NCBI GenBank assembly: GCA_964016885.1
Contig: OZ024742.1
Coordinates: 32,922,001 to 32,986,000 of the forward strand
Direction of reading: 5' to 3'
Length of the DNA stretch: 64,000 nucleotides
Source: Eledone cirrhosa
Lineage: Eukaryota
Position numbers and translations under genes: made by a program. This document shows, piece after piece, positions 40,849 through 58,755 of this stretch (position 1 is its first letter; every line of letters starts with the position of its first letter). Under the pieces are notes generated by a model. It did not search any database. It saw only the letters and a list, made by a program, of their open reading frames with translations, and was not told where the DNA came from.

Positions 40849-41944
40849 TGGGAAATGGCCTTGCTCAGTATGTAGGAAAGGTGTAGGTAGGAACTCCATT
40901 CTTTGCCCCAAATGCAAACAATGGGTACACAAGAGATGTAGCGGGATCTCAGGAAGCTTAATTAAGAATGTAGGATTCACATGCAGCAGCTGTGCTGAAA
41001 CAGCAAGCAAACAGCCACAGGAAACAAGTACCACCAATCTCTGGGAGGGCCCTGTAGAAACAGTAGACAGCTTCTGCTACCTAGGTAACCGAATTAGCAA
41101 CGGAGGTGGGTGCTCAGAAAGTACAATAACTAGGGTAAGAACGGGATGGAAGAAGTTTAGGGAACTACTACCACACCACTGCTAGCTGCAAAAGGCTTCT
41201 CCCTCAGAATGAAAGGCAGACTGTATGATGCGTGTATCCGAACAGCGATGTTGCATGGTAGTGAGACCTGGGCGCTGAAGGTGGAAGACTTACGTAGATT
41301 AGAGAGAAACGAAGCCTGCATGCTCCGATGGATGTGTAACAGTAATATACGTGAACGACAAAGCATAAATGAATTGAGAGAGAGACTGAGCATAAGAGGA
41401 ATCAAATGCTGCGTGCAGGAGAGGCGGTTACGCTGGTATGGACATGTGATGCGTATGAAGGATGACAGCTGCATAAAAAGGTGCAGAGCACTAGAAGTTG
41501 ATGGAAACCGCGGAGTGGGGAGACCCAAGATGACTTGGGATGAGGTGATAAAAGCCGACCTTACCCAACTACACCTCTCAAAGTCAATGACACACGACCG
41601 TGACTTCTGGCGTCACGCAGTAATACAGGGTACCCGACCTCCCATGGGTACATGCTGAAGCATATAAACAATATGCCCCCCCCCCCCCCCCCCACCGCAA
41701 GGTGGTCGTGCAAAAAAGCACCCAGCCCACACTGTAAAGTGGACGTGTAGGCGCCACGAAAAAGCACCCAGCACTCCACTGTAAATGAGGTTGGTGTTAG
41801 GAAGGGCATCCAGCTGTAGAAATCAAGCCAGATCAGTTCCTGTATGAGCAAGGCATGGTCAGCCGACCAGACACTGCCCACAACAGGACAACCCGTCTAA
41901 CCCATGCTAGCGTGGAAGAACGGACGTAAAACGGTGATGATGAT
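40849..41944 (+). mobile_element. 5'-truncated RTE LINE with one frameshift
   Basis: [13 protein letters not shown]...; frameshift near 41175; LRWYGHV and GRPKMTW; (GAT)n tail. Confidence 0.92.
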
Positions 41945-42249
41945 ATATATATGTATATATATATATGTGTATATATATATGTGTATATATGTATATATAT
42001 ATATGTATATATATATATGTATATATATATATGTATATATATATATGTATATATATATATGTATATATATATATGTATATATATATATGTATGTATATAT
42101 ATATATGTATATATGTGTATATATATATATGTGTATGTATATATATATATGTATGTATATATATATATGTATATATGTATATATATATATGTATATATGT
42201 ATATATATATATGTATATATGTATATATATATATGTATATATATATATG

Positions 42250-42348
<99 letters not shown>

Positions 42349-42460
42349 GTATATATATGTATATATATATATATGTATATATATGTATATATATATATAT
42401 GTATATATATGTATATATATATATGTATATATATGTATATATATATATATATGTATATAT
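41943..42460. repeat. (TA)n/(TATG) microsatellite
   Basis: Seen directly in the sequence. Confidence 0.98.
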
Positions 42461-42594
42461 GTAGGAGGTGAGTTTTATTGTAGTACAATAAAGCAATGCA
42501 GATATCGGATAGGAAGCACTCTACAGTTTGTGGGACTGGAGTATGCATAATATAAGATCAAAAGATGGTTAAAGGAGTTCAATATATTTTATTA

Positions 42595-42661
42595 TTTTAT
42601 TATGCGCATTTCAAAAACAAACATCATCAAACAATAATATTTGTGTTTTCATCAGATAAAA
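42595..42661 (-). ncRNA. Canonical minimal type I hammerhead ribozyme in a 260-bp island between TA arrays
   Basis: Minus strand: ttttat-CUGAUGA-stem II of about 16 bp-GAAA-palindromic tgcgca-UA-ataaaa. Confidence 0.85.
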
Positions 42662-42721
42662 CAGGAGAACATGATATGAAGGCTAAAAAAACACTTGTTG
42701 ATAGTGCAGTTTTAAATCAAC

Positions 42722-48300
<5,579 letters not shown>

Positions 48301-48301
<1 letters not shown>

Positions 48302-49612
48302 GAGGGGGCGATCTAAAAGTTTGCGGAATTTTTCAGAAAATATTCTATTTTTCAAAAAATTTGATTCACCTTCAATTTATTTTTCTACATAGTTGCCATC
48401 CAGGTCAATACACTTCACAGGGCGATGCTTCCAGCTTCGTAAGCCGTCTCTAAAGAAAGTTGAGGGCCTTGTTCGAAGCCATGTGTTGGCAGTGTTTTTA
48501 GCTTCTTCAACACCACTAAAACGGGTTCCTTTTAGCATTTCTTTGAGTTTTGGAAAGAGGAAAAAGTCTGATGGGGCTAAATCTGGATTATAAGGCGGGT
48601 GAGGAAGCACTTCCCATCGAAATTCTCGAAGAACTTCTTTTGCAACCCGCGCAGAATGCACCGGTGCATTGTCATGGTCAAACAAGATCCCACCATGAAG
48701 TTTCCCTTTTCGTTTCTTGACTAATGCCTCTTTCAGTTTCCTTAAAACATTTCCATAGTAAGCTCCTGTCACAGTTCTTTGACCTTCAAGATAATCTATT
48801 AGTATCACCCCATCTGAATCCCAGAAAATGGTGGCCATCACTTTTTTATCCGACTTTTGAGATTTGAACTTGATTGGCCCCGATGATCCACGTGGAAGCC
48901 ACTGTTTTGACTGCTGTTCGGATTCAGGATCATACTGGTAGATCCAGGTTTCATCTCCAGTGATGATTCTGGTCAGGAAATGCTCTTCATCAACTTAAAT
49001 TTTGTTTAATATCGCCAAAGACAGATCACATCGGAGAATCAGCTGATTAGGGCGCAACGCTTTTGGGACCCATCGCACTGAAAGCTTGCTTAGTCCCAAA
49101 TTATCGTGCAGAATTGAATTTGCCAAACCATTTGAAATGTCTAGGGACTTAGCTAACTGATTAACTGTTATTCTTCTATCTTCTTCAATTAAAGTCTGAG
49201 CTGCCTCAACGTTTGGTCATTTTTTGATGTTCCTAGTCTTCCACTGCGATGGTCGTTTTCAAGGTCGTCTCTCCCTTGTTTGAATCGCTGAATCCACTTG
49301 TAGAGAGCAGTTTACTTTGGAGCAGTAGTACCGTAAACTTTAACTAAAGCCTCCATAATCTATGTCCCTTTCCATTTGAGTTTCACCAGAAACTTGATAT
49401 TCGATCTTATCTCAAAATAACTATTTTCCATTGTTCCAAAAAGAGGTTTTTTAAAGTGTGTCAGTACTGTACAATAGTCCACGCATAACTGACTACAAGT
49501 GACTAATAGCAAGGTAAACACCCAGTGACAATGTTCTGATATGTTTAATATTGTTTTAACCTATTTTCTTCTTACTACGATAAAATTCCGCGAACTTTTT
49601 GATCCCCCCTCG
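48301..49612 (-). mobile_element. Full-length mariner (DD34D, Hsmar2/irritans-like) with a defective transposase
   Basis: TIRs of about 31 bp (tgagggggcgatctaaaagtttgcggaatttt / aaaattccgcgaactttttgatccccccctcg-like), TA flanks, 1312 bp. Motifs WVPKAL, ITGDETW, HDNAPVH, HPPYNPDLAPSDF. Confidence 0.95.
48377..49431 (-). pseudogene. Mariner transposase pseudogene
   Basis: ATG at 49431 (MENSYFEIRSNIKFLVKLKW...) followed by in-frame stops in the N-terminal half; the C-terminal 154 aa are open. Confidence 0.9.
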
Positions 49613-49632
49613 TATATATATATATATATATA

Positions 49633-50000
49633 TATCATCATCATCATCGTTTAACTTCCATATTCCACGCTTGCATGGGTTTGGACGGGAGTTTTCCCAC
49701 TTGAGGCAAGAGTGGTTGTCTTGCTCGCATAGGACTGTCTGGCAGGTTTTCTACGGCTGGATGCCCTTCCTAACACCAACCACGTTTACAGTGTGGACTG
49801 GGAGGTTTTTACCGTGTTACCTACATGGCCACATTACAGCGTGGACTGTGTGTTTTTTTGTCGTGACACCTACACGACCTCATTTCTTTCGGACTGGATG
49901 TTGTGGTACCAACATAACTTTACATTGAAAGGGGTGGTGTGGATGGGGTGGGGGTAATGGGACGGGTGTGTATTTTTGTTAGAGGTGTCTACTGACTGCA
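49633..50000 (-). mobile_element. RTE LINE 3'UTR fragment
   Basis: Near-identical to 2155-2645. Confidence 0.9.
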
Positions 50001-50174
50001 TATATATGTATATATAATATTAAGGATACTATTTATGGTTATGTATATTATAAAACCTTTTATAGTTATATATATTTTAAACTCTAAATAGTGAAAGACA
50101 GTAATTCATTACTATCTTATTACCAGTAAGATAAATAGCTCAATGTAATAACATCAGTTGTTTTACAGAGCAGT

Positions 50175-50519
50175 TATATAGAAATTACATGAATCAAAGT
50201 TCAGTTTAAATCATTTATTTGCTTACAATTGTTTCCTCCAAACCGAGGTTTGGATTCTTCGGAGCAACTATTTAGTGATTTTTTACATACTTGACCTCCT
50301 TTTCAACACAAGAGACATATAAAAACATATGTATATATTGACCCACAGTGGGTTGACATATACATATGTTTTTATATGTCTCTTGTGTTGAAAAGGAGGT
50401 CAAGTATGTAAAAAATCACTAAATAGTTGCTCCGAAGAATCCAAACCTCGGTTTGGAGGAAACAATTGTAAGCAAATAAATGATTTAAACTGAACTTTGA
50501 TTCATGTAATTTCTATATA
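50175..50519. repeat. Near-perfect 345-bp palindrome centred at 50347, with a hammerhead-like motif in each arm
   Basis: The arms are reverse complements except for a few bases near the centre; TA repeat on the right. Confidence 0.92.
50427..50475 (+). ncRNA. Hammerhead variant with a CCGAAGA core (mirror copy at 50219-50267 on -)
   Basis: ttgct-CCGAAGA-a-tccaaacc(tc)ggtttgga-g-GAAA-caattg-UA-agcaa. Confidence 0.7.
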
Positions 50520-50602
50520 TGTATATATATATATATATATATAGTAATAATAATAAATTTGAAGACTAAAATCCAAAGAGGGCTCGATAAGGATAAATAT
50601 AT

Positions 50603-51185
50603 ATCAAATATATAAAAACTGTAGAGCGAGTGTGTTCGCGTATGCTTGTGTATGTACGTATTTGGATGTGTGTATGTATTTATTTAATTTCAATTACCTC
50701 TGTATTTTATTTACTTTATTCTTAAGTCTGAAGCAGAGAATCATTCGGTTTCCTAGTTAGAATTTTAGTCTACGACTTCAGTTATACCATTTACGTGGTT
50801 TTGTCTTTGCGTGCAATTGTTCTCCATGCTCCACATATGACGTATTATCTTCGTTTTTTCCGTTCATTGCCAGAGAACGTCTCTATGAACCACCTAAGAG
50901 AATATTAGTCTACGACTTCTTTTATACCATAAACGTGGTTCTGTCTTTGCGTGTAATTGTTTTTCACCGCTCCAAATAATGACGTATTATATTCGTTTTT
51001 CCCCGTTCTTTGCCAGGGAACGTTTCCACGAACCAAAGTATCGTCTTCCTGTCTTCCTCCAGTTGCAACGTTTTTTGAAATATTCATGTCTGCGTTCACA
51101 GATTGACTTTGTTAGTTTCAGAAGATCCCGTTAAGGGTGAAAGCAGCGATTCTTTGCTTAAACTTTAATCTGTTATTTTAATAAA
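50603..51185 (+). mobile_element. Helitron-like 5' portion with a tandem duplication of about 140 bp and a hammerhead-bearing module
   Basis: a|TCaaatatataaaaactg...gtgtg start; duplication 50765-50892 / 50905-51034; 51031-51185 matches the reverse complement of 61990-62143. Confidence 0.5.
51114..51164 (+). ncRNA. Hammerhead-like variant with a CAGAAGA core (identical copy at 62010-62060 on -)
   Basis: agttt-CAGAAGA-tccc(gttaa)gggt-GAAA-gca...tgc-UU-aaact. Confidence 0.5.
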
Positions 51186-51619
51186 TATATATATATATAC
51201 ATATGAGTCTGCAGTGCCGAGACTGAGGAGACCACAAATTGGGGTAGTAGTCTATGCATGGACAGAAATAGAGTGGATATATAAAGGCAGATAATAAACC
51301 TGACCGCAACACCTAGTAGTTTTGGGTTCTATTTGGCAAGCTATCTGAAGGAAATAAATAAAATAAAGAAATCTATCTGAAGGGTATACCCTTGAGGAGG
51401 CTTGCTGCATTCAAGCTGAAACTGCTAGGTGTCACGGTTGTGTTTATACTTTCCTTTATATATATATATATAAACAGGCTTCTGCAGTCTTGGTCTGCTA
51501 AATTTCCCTCACAAAACATTGGTCAACGTGAGGCTATCACACAGACATATTTTTGTTTTCTATCTCTTAATATAAATGCTTTTTTCTTTAATTTATTTCT
51601 TTAATTTGTTCTTTTCTAG

Positions 51620-51792
51620 TGGGTGCAGTATTTGCTGGCTTACCGGTAACATACCTGGCCAGTCAGCAAAGCTGGCATGGAACATTCATCTGTGTTAACT
51701 GTTTATCAGTTATTGCTCTGGCAGCTCTCTGGAAGCTGAGTCGCATGCAATGTCAACTAAAACAAGACAGCACAAATGATAAAACATCTTGA
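51620..51792 (+). CDS. SLC37A4: SLC37A4-like exon 10, terminal (VGAVFAGLPVTYLASQQSWHGTF...DSTNDKTS*)
   Basis: ttttctag acceptor, phase compatible with exon 9, TGA at 51790-51792. Matches human VGGFLAGLPFSTIAKHYSW. Total CDS is 1302 nt (433 aa). Confidence 0.92.
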
Positions 51793-52342
51793 AACTCTCA
51801 TACATCCAATCCATCAAAATTGTCCCCTCAAATACTGAAATACAGAAACACTTTGTGTTTTAAGGACATTTGAATGCAGTAACTTATTCATTTGTATTTA
51901 TTTTGTTTGTTGTTGTTTGAGTACATAACCAAAATTGCTCTTGCTATTGTTGCAAATAGCAACTACTGCTACTATAATATGTACAAAACCAAAGGTATTT
52001 ATATTTTTAAAGGCAGCCATGACTTTAGTTATAATTAATATTACTAGCTGAGCTTTTCTTTGTAATGCAAAACTGTTTGAATTAACAGCATTGAATATAA
52101 CCCCTCAGGTGTAGCTGGGATTAACTAATAAAGGTTAAGTTTAATTTTTTAGATAAAAACTACAGTTTTATTATCATGAACCATGATCCAAACTATTGGA
52201 TTTCCACTGCCATCTGGAAAATTGTCAAAAATATATTTTAAGAAGCTCTTTCTTTTTCTTTTTTTTTCCCCATCTGTTTCAGTTCTCTTCGATGTTAATT
52301 TTAAAATCTGATATTTATCAAAGATAATTTGTCATTATCTGA

Positions 52343-52900
52343 CATAAAAAAACATAAAAAAACATAAAAAAACATAAAAAAACATAAAAAATACAACCAA
52401 ATAATTTGCCAACATCTCACAAAGAAATCTTATTGATGTCACACACAGACTATTTTTAATTGTTACACACAAAGAATTTTTCAGTGTTACACATAGACAG
52501 TTTGTCAGTGTTACACATAGACAATTTGTCAGTTTTACTCATAGACATTTTGTCAGTGTTACACATAGACAGTTTGTCAGTGTTACACATAGACAATTTG
52601 TCAGTTTTTACACAGACAATTTGTTAGTGTTACACATAGAGAGTTTGTCAGTGTTACACTAGATAATTTTGGGGTATCACACAAAAAATTTGTTGGTGTC
52701 ACACTAAAAATTTGTCATTGTCACACACACATAAACAATTTGTCAGTGTTACACAGACAGTTTGTTACAGACAGTGTTACACAGACACATAGACAGTTTG
52801 TCAGTGTTACACATAGGCAATGTGTCAGTGTTACACATAGAAAATTTGTTGGTGTCACACATAAACAATTCATTAATGCTGCACCCAGACAATTTCCCAA
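52343..52900. repeat. (acataaaaaa)n followed by a 24-bp minisatellite (tttgtcagtgttacacatagacaa), downstream of the SLC37A4 stop
   Basis: Tandem copies seen at 52343-52392 and about 52435-52870. Confidence 0.9.
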
Positions 52901-53235
52901 TGCTTCACATCGATATAAGCAAATGTTTAATGCTTCATTCCTTCTCTAAATTTAGGGTCTTGTATCAATATTAACAATCACTGTCACATGCTTAAAGAAG
53001 TATATATGCAAACTTGTTGCTTCAGTGGCCTAGTCAGTAATATCATTTGAAGCAATGCCACAATGTATAGGTGGTGGTCTCAATCCATGCTGGGAATTAT
53101 TACATGGTCTTATTAAAACATTTTCTCAAAGCGGTGCCCCAGCATGGCTGCAATCTAATGACAGCAAGAAATAAAAGAAAACGGTAAAAGAATAAACTTT
53201 AATCAAAATACTGTTATGTTCACACAAACAATTAA

Positions 53236-53456
53236 CCCTTTAGTATTTACATTACTCTATATATACTAATGTATTTTCATGGTAAACACTTCATTTCACA
53301 TAATTATCTCACATAATGTCAAATCTACGAGATTTTGATATTATTTATTTTGAGAACAATACCTTCACATCAATATGAATGGCCAGTTATGGCTGGTTTG
53401 AACAGAAAGAGGTAAGAGAATTCTGGCCGAATATTGCCAGTTTAAATGCTAAAGGG
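53236..53456. mobile_element. piggyBac-type MITE copy
   Basis: Same family as 31532-31739; TTAA on the left. Confidence 0.8.
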
Positions 53457-55699
53457 CTGACAAAGAAAATGGATGACAGCAACAATTATAATAAGGCAGA
53501 GAAGACATGTACAATCCCTACAGCAGAGAAGGCTGGTGTTCTCTCTAAACGTTTTTGGGGCAACCCAAAACACTCAGCATTACTGTGGGAATAATGAGGC
53601 TATGGTGCTGGAAGAGCCAAGTACCCTTATGGACATCAGTGATGCTGATGGTCATAAATACTTCTTTGTCAAAAATAATGTAGATTTTTGAACTCGGAGA
53701 GTATTGAACTAAATTGTGTCATACTGAATGTCGAGAATTTCATTAAGGGATTATTTGTTTGTGGAATGCTCAGTCTCTTGTCTGTTAATTTCATGAGCAG
53801 GCTGTGCCATTGATTAAAAAAGCAGAACACTCATTATCAAAACCAACAGAGGTTCATTCTATTCTTTTTAGCAAGAATTTATTATTGTTACATATTCTAA
53901 TGTGGTCTTGAAGATGGCTGAACTAAAAGGGTGCTGGACTAAATGATACAGCAGAAACAAGCATTTTAAGGCCATTTTTCCCTGCTAAAGCAGGGGTTAA
54001 CCTTGTAGGCCTCATTAAAGGCTCATCATCATTTTTTTCAATGTTTTACAGCTGGATGCACTTTTTGGCACTAACTCTTAATCACCTCAAACAACTATGT
54101 AGATGATGATGATCAACATCACATTTAGATTCATCTTCCTCAGTTCAGTGGAGATCAAATCCTTCTTAATTCAGTATTGTTCTCCATCCATTCTCCAAAT
54201 AAACTGATAATAGTGTAACTAGTCTGAATTGATTGGTTTTGCCCTTTCATTACAATGTTTCTATTGAAAGACACTGCATACTATTTTCAAATAATTTGGA
54301 GAGATTTAGTAATATAATTAACTTTCTCGTTATTAAGCTAGTATTTTGGAGCATGATTTAATAAAAGTTCTTACATAAAATCAAGATTGAAGGTTTTTAG
54401 ATAAATATAAGCACTTTAAAATATGCACCTTTGTTAAGCCTTTTCCATTCAAATGTTGGCTTTGCTACTAAGTATAACATCCTGATTATATACTCTAAAG
54501 CAGTAATTCTCAAATACCTAGGTCACATTATTCTCCTTACAATCCCAGGTTTCCTTAATTCCTACCCATTTTAAATTGTCATCAAAGTATTTTCCACTCA
54601 AACACCATATTAACATGAGCAGACATTCAAACTTTAATAATTGTATAGTTCCAAAGAGCATTATGTCTGAGGCAGCAGTCTTTTTGTGAACTGTTAAATT
54701 GTGACTACTTTTCTAGTTGAGTATGTTGGTATTTCATTTTATATATATATATATACACATACAAATAATGTACACTATTCTTTCCCAGATTGAATTCCTC
54801 TTCTGATTAACATTCCACCTCATTTCCTTTCTTGGCTAAAATTTTCCCTTGGGAGAGTCTCTAGAAAAATATGACTGAAAGATTGGAATATTAACAAATA
54901 TGTCTGTCACTGATATCACAAAGATAACACTAATTTCTTAATAAACAATATTTACCAACATACAAATGAACATAAACAATATTTACCAACATACAAATGA
55001 ACACCAACATCTTCTAAAGAGTGAGGGAGGGGTTATACTAAAAAAGAAGCCCATCAATAATATATATATTTTTTTATCTGTATTGTTTTAACGTTCACTG
55101 TTTTATAGTTGATCCCTTTGGGTCTAATAATATAAGTGGATTGAAGAAGAAAAGAAATAATGATAATGGCAATGATGATAATACTAGTGATAATAATAAT
55201 GTTGATGATAATAAAACTGGTGATCATAATGATAATAATAACAACAACAATGATGATAATAAAAGTAATTGATATAAAACAAATGAAACATTTTCAAAAT
55301 ATGTAATTTTTCCTCAAGACATTTTCTTGTAAATTATTATTTTATTCTTATAATCTTTTATTGGTTTAAGTCATTAGACTGCAACCTTTAATTCCTTATC
55401 AACATAGAAGAGTTGCTTGCCTGGTTTATGGTATGTATGTGCATGTTTGGAGATCTATAGTTACACTTAAAAAGTTAACTATTTTAGTTTTTATGTCTAC
55501 AGCTACACTTAGGTTATTCCTTTTAAAGAATTTATGTAAATCCTTTCTAGTTCTTTCTATGTTTTGTTTTTTATATTCTAAAGCAAAAAGAGCATCATCT
55601 CGGTATAACCCACCCTCTAAGTATGGATATTCTTGCTTATTTCCCTCAATAAATATAATCCAATGGGGTCCAGTGATTCAGCCTAAGTCACTGATTTAG

Positions 55700-57200
55700 T
55701 CAGATTAGTTTCTCTCTCAGCTCACTGATGCTTTGTCGTTCATGCACACTACTTTTACATATCCATTGGAGCATGTAAGCTTCATTTCTTTCCAGTCTTC
55801 GTAGGTCCTCAGCAGATATTGCCCAGGTCTCACTTCCATGCAGCATTGCTATTTGTACATAAGCTTCACACAGTCTTCCTTTCATTCTGAGGGAAAAACG
55901 TTTTGTAGTTAGCAGTGGTAGTAGCTCCCTGAACCTTTTCCATCTCATGCTCACTTTGGGCACTGTACTTTCAGAACACCACCTCCACTGCTAATTTGGT
56001 CACCTAGGTAACAGAAACTATCAACTACTTCTACAGATACCTCTGGGCATTTAAAGGAGCTAGTATCCTGTGAGCTCTTGCTACTTACTGCTCCTGTGCA
56101 TCGACTACATACAAAACCTATGTTCTTTGCTAGCCTGCCTGAGATTCCACTACATCTTTTGTGTACCCATAGTTTGCTTTTAGGACATAAGATGGAATTT
56201 CTACCTACACTGAGCACGACTATTTCCTTTAGGGAATCTGAACCCTGTTTTCCTTTCAACAATCTAAGATTTTAGTCTTTGTCAAGTTGACTTTAAGACC
56301 TTTAGATTCTAGGCAATGCTTCCAGGTTTGGAATTTTTTCTCTAATTTTGCCATAAATTCAGCTATAAGAGTTAGATCACTTGCATGCAGGAGTTCTCAT
56401 GAACAGATAGTCTTAAACTCCTCTGTTATAGCCTGCAGGATGATAATAAACAGGAAAGAGCTAAGAACGGAGTCCTGATGGACTGCATGCTAAATTTTTC
56501 ACTATAGTCATTATTAATTTTAATCTTGGTGACTGCTCCTCTATACATAGCTTGAACTGACTTCCAAAACCACTCATCTACTCCTAGTTTTCTAAGAGTC
56601 GACCAGATAATGGAATGGGGGACTCTGTCAAAAGCTTTCTCTAGGTATACAAATGCCAAGTAGAGGGGCTTTACTTTTAACTAGGTGACTCCTGCAGGTG
56701 TCATGAAGAAGAGAGCATCCATGGTACTTTTACCTGCACAAATCTGAACTGCATCTCATCTAGGTTAACTTGGTTCCTGATCAGCTGTGCTATCTCTTTC
56801 TGGGACCTTCATGATCTGGTCAATCATCTTGATGCCTCTATAGCTTTTTTTCTGTCTAGTCCATCTCCTTTGCTCTTGTAGCAGTTAATGATACTGCTGC
56901 TACGCCAGTCATTGAGTATGGCACCATTTTGTATTACTTGGTTTACAATACAAGTAGTTAAGGTGGTACTCACCATCCCAGATGCTTTCAACATCTCAGT
57001 AACTATCCCCAATGATCCAGCTGCTTTGCCTGTCTTCATATACTTAATTGCCTTACAACGCTGCTATTGACTTGTAAAAGTCAGTCCCTCTGTTAGGTTC
57101 TCTTGAGGCAAGCTGTCTTCCTCCCATGCATTCTCCTCATTCAATAAACTTTCATAGTCACACTTCCATGCTACTTTCTTTTCAATGTCAGAAGATTCAA
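55700..57200 (-). mobile_element. Degraded RTE LINE (RT and PHD-like regions)
   Basis: [51 protein letters not shown]; many frameshifts. Confidence 0.9.
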
Positions 57201-58755
57201 AGAAAGGATATGAAGTATCGTTTTCATAGAAAGTAGAAAGGGGAATGTAAGTTATAACAATCAATCAAATTCTTGCAACTAGTGCAGCCAAACTGAGTTC
57301 CTCATGGAATTTCAATGAGCCTTAGAAATGCTTGGCAGTGCCTGTCTCTTCTCCAAGCATCCAGTCCCTCATTAACTTTAGCTTTCCACCCAACTCCTAT
57401 ATTTATATATATATCGGAGTCCACTTGGTTGTGGTGAGGCTGATAACATTGTTTGAACTCAATGTATCCTAGGACAGATGGTTGCAGCAAAATTTGGCGG
57501 TGTGACCAGTAGTTCTTGTGGTAGGTGATCACTGCCCTAAGGTATCCACGAAGAAAACCAGTCTGGGTTACAGAGTCATTTACATATATGTGTAAATGAC
57601 TTTCTAGAGTGTTTCTAAAGAGGGCGGTCGATAGAACAGGGTTTTCGAGACTATATATAGGTAGTAACTTAACCACTACCATGCTAGTCAATACATCCAT
57701 CTCCATTAACCAATCAACCCTCTCAAATGATCGTAAAACAATGAACTAACTCTCTACCAACACCTGACTTCAGTTTATACAGTGTATACATTATTATTCG
57801 CTTATTTTTCCCAACGTATATTTCGGCTATTTTCGAAATAAACCATGTTGGTATATTCTCTCCCCATCTCTCTCTCCAAATCTCTATGTATTCAAACTCA
57901 TCCCAATCAATCTATCATTTAGTTGCTGACTGTCATCGGATTTCTCACACATTTGACTTGTCGAATATGCCTACTTCTATCTGCTTAATTCTCCCTGAAT
58001 CTTCAGCGACGATATACGCCATAATGGCTACCTATTTCATAATTCAAGTGGAAAGCGAAATAACCATAAAAAAATGCTTGAAAATAACTTAGAAAAAATA
58101 TAAATCAAAATCAAAATTTTATCCCAAAGAAAGGAAATTGGAACATTATCCACTGAAAGTTCCTTAAGCCCCCGATGAAGGGACTTTTAGGTCCCGAAAT
58201 ATTGGACAGATAAAGAAGAAGAACAACAATAAAACAAAGATTACCAGGTAACTTACTATTACCTTTCGTTACCTCATCTTACAGTCCATTTTGCCTTGTT
58301 TAGCCTCTATCTCTTTCAACGTTATACATACATACATATATATATGTATATATATGATGCTTTTAGTTGGCTCTACCATTATCCTCTAAACTCTTTTTAA
58401 TTCATCATGTCCTCCAGATCTGTAAAACTTTCCCTCCCTTCCAGCCCTTCAGTAAGTACCTATTAGCTCCATTACTCCTCCTACACTTTTACATCTCAAA
58501 TCAAATACTGATCTCTGTTCATTACAAATCACATTCATTATCTTTTGATTCTATCCCCACCAATTTGTGCCAATTTCTTCCTCCCCTCCACATAAAATAG
58601 ATTAATCCTAAAGATTTGTGGCATGTCTTCCCTTTTGCAGTTTGAATAAGCCACATACCTTGCAAAACTTTTAAGTTATGAAATTAGAATAATTATTAAA
58701 CTTCATGTGTATTAGGTCATTTATTCTGCTAATGTTCCTTCTTTTTATGTATATA

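Noticed and set aside
52435-52870. 24-bp repeats resembling a CRISPR array
   Set aside because: Head-to-tail degenerate units without unique spacers, no cas genes and a eukaryotic context; this is a minisatellite.
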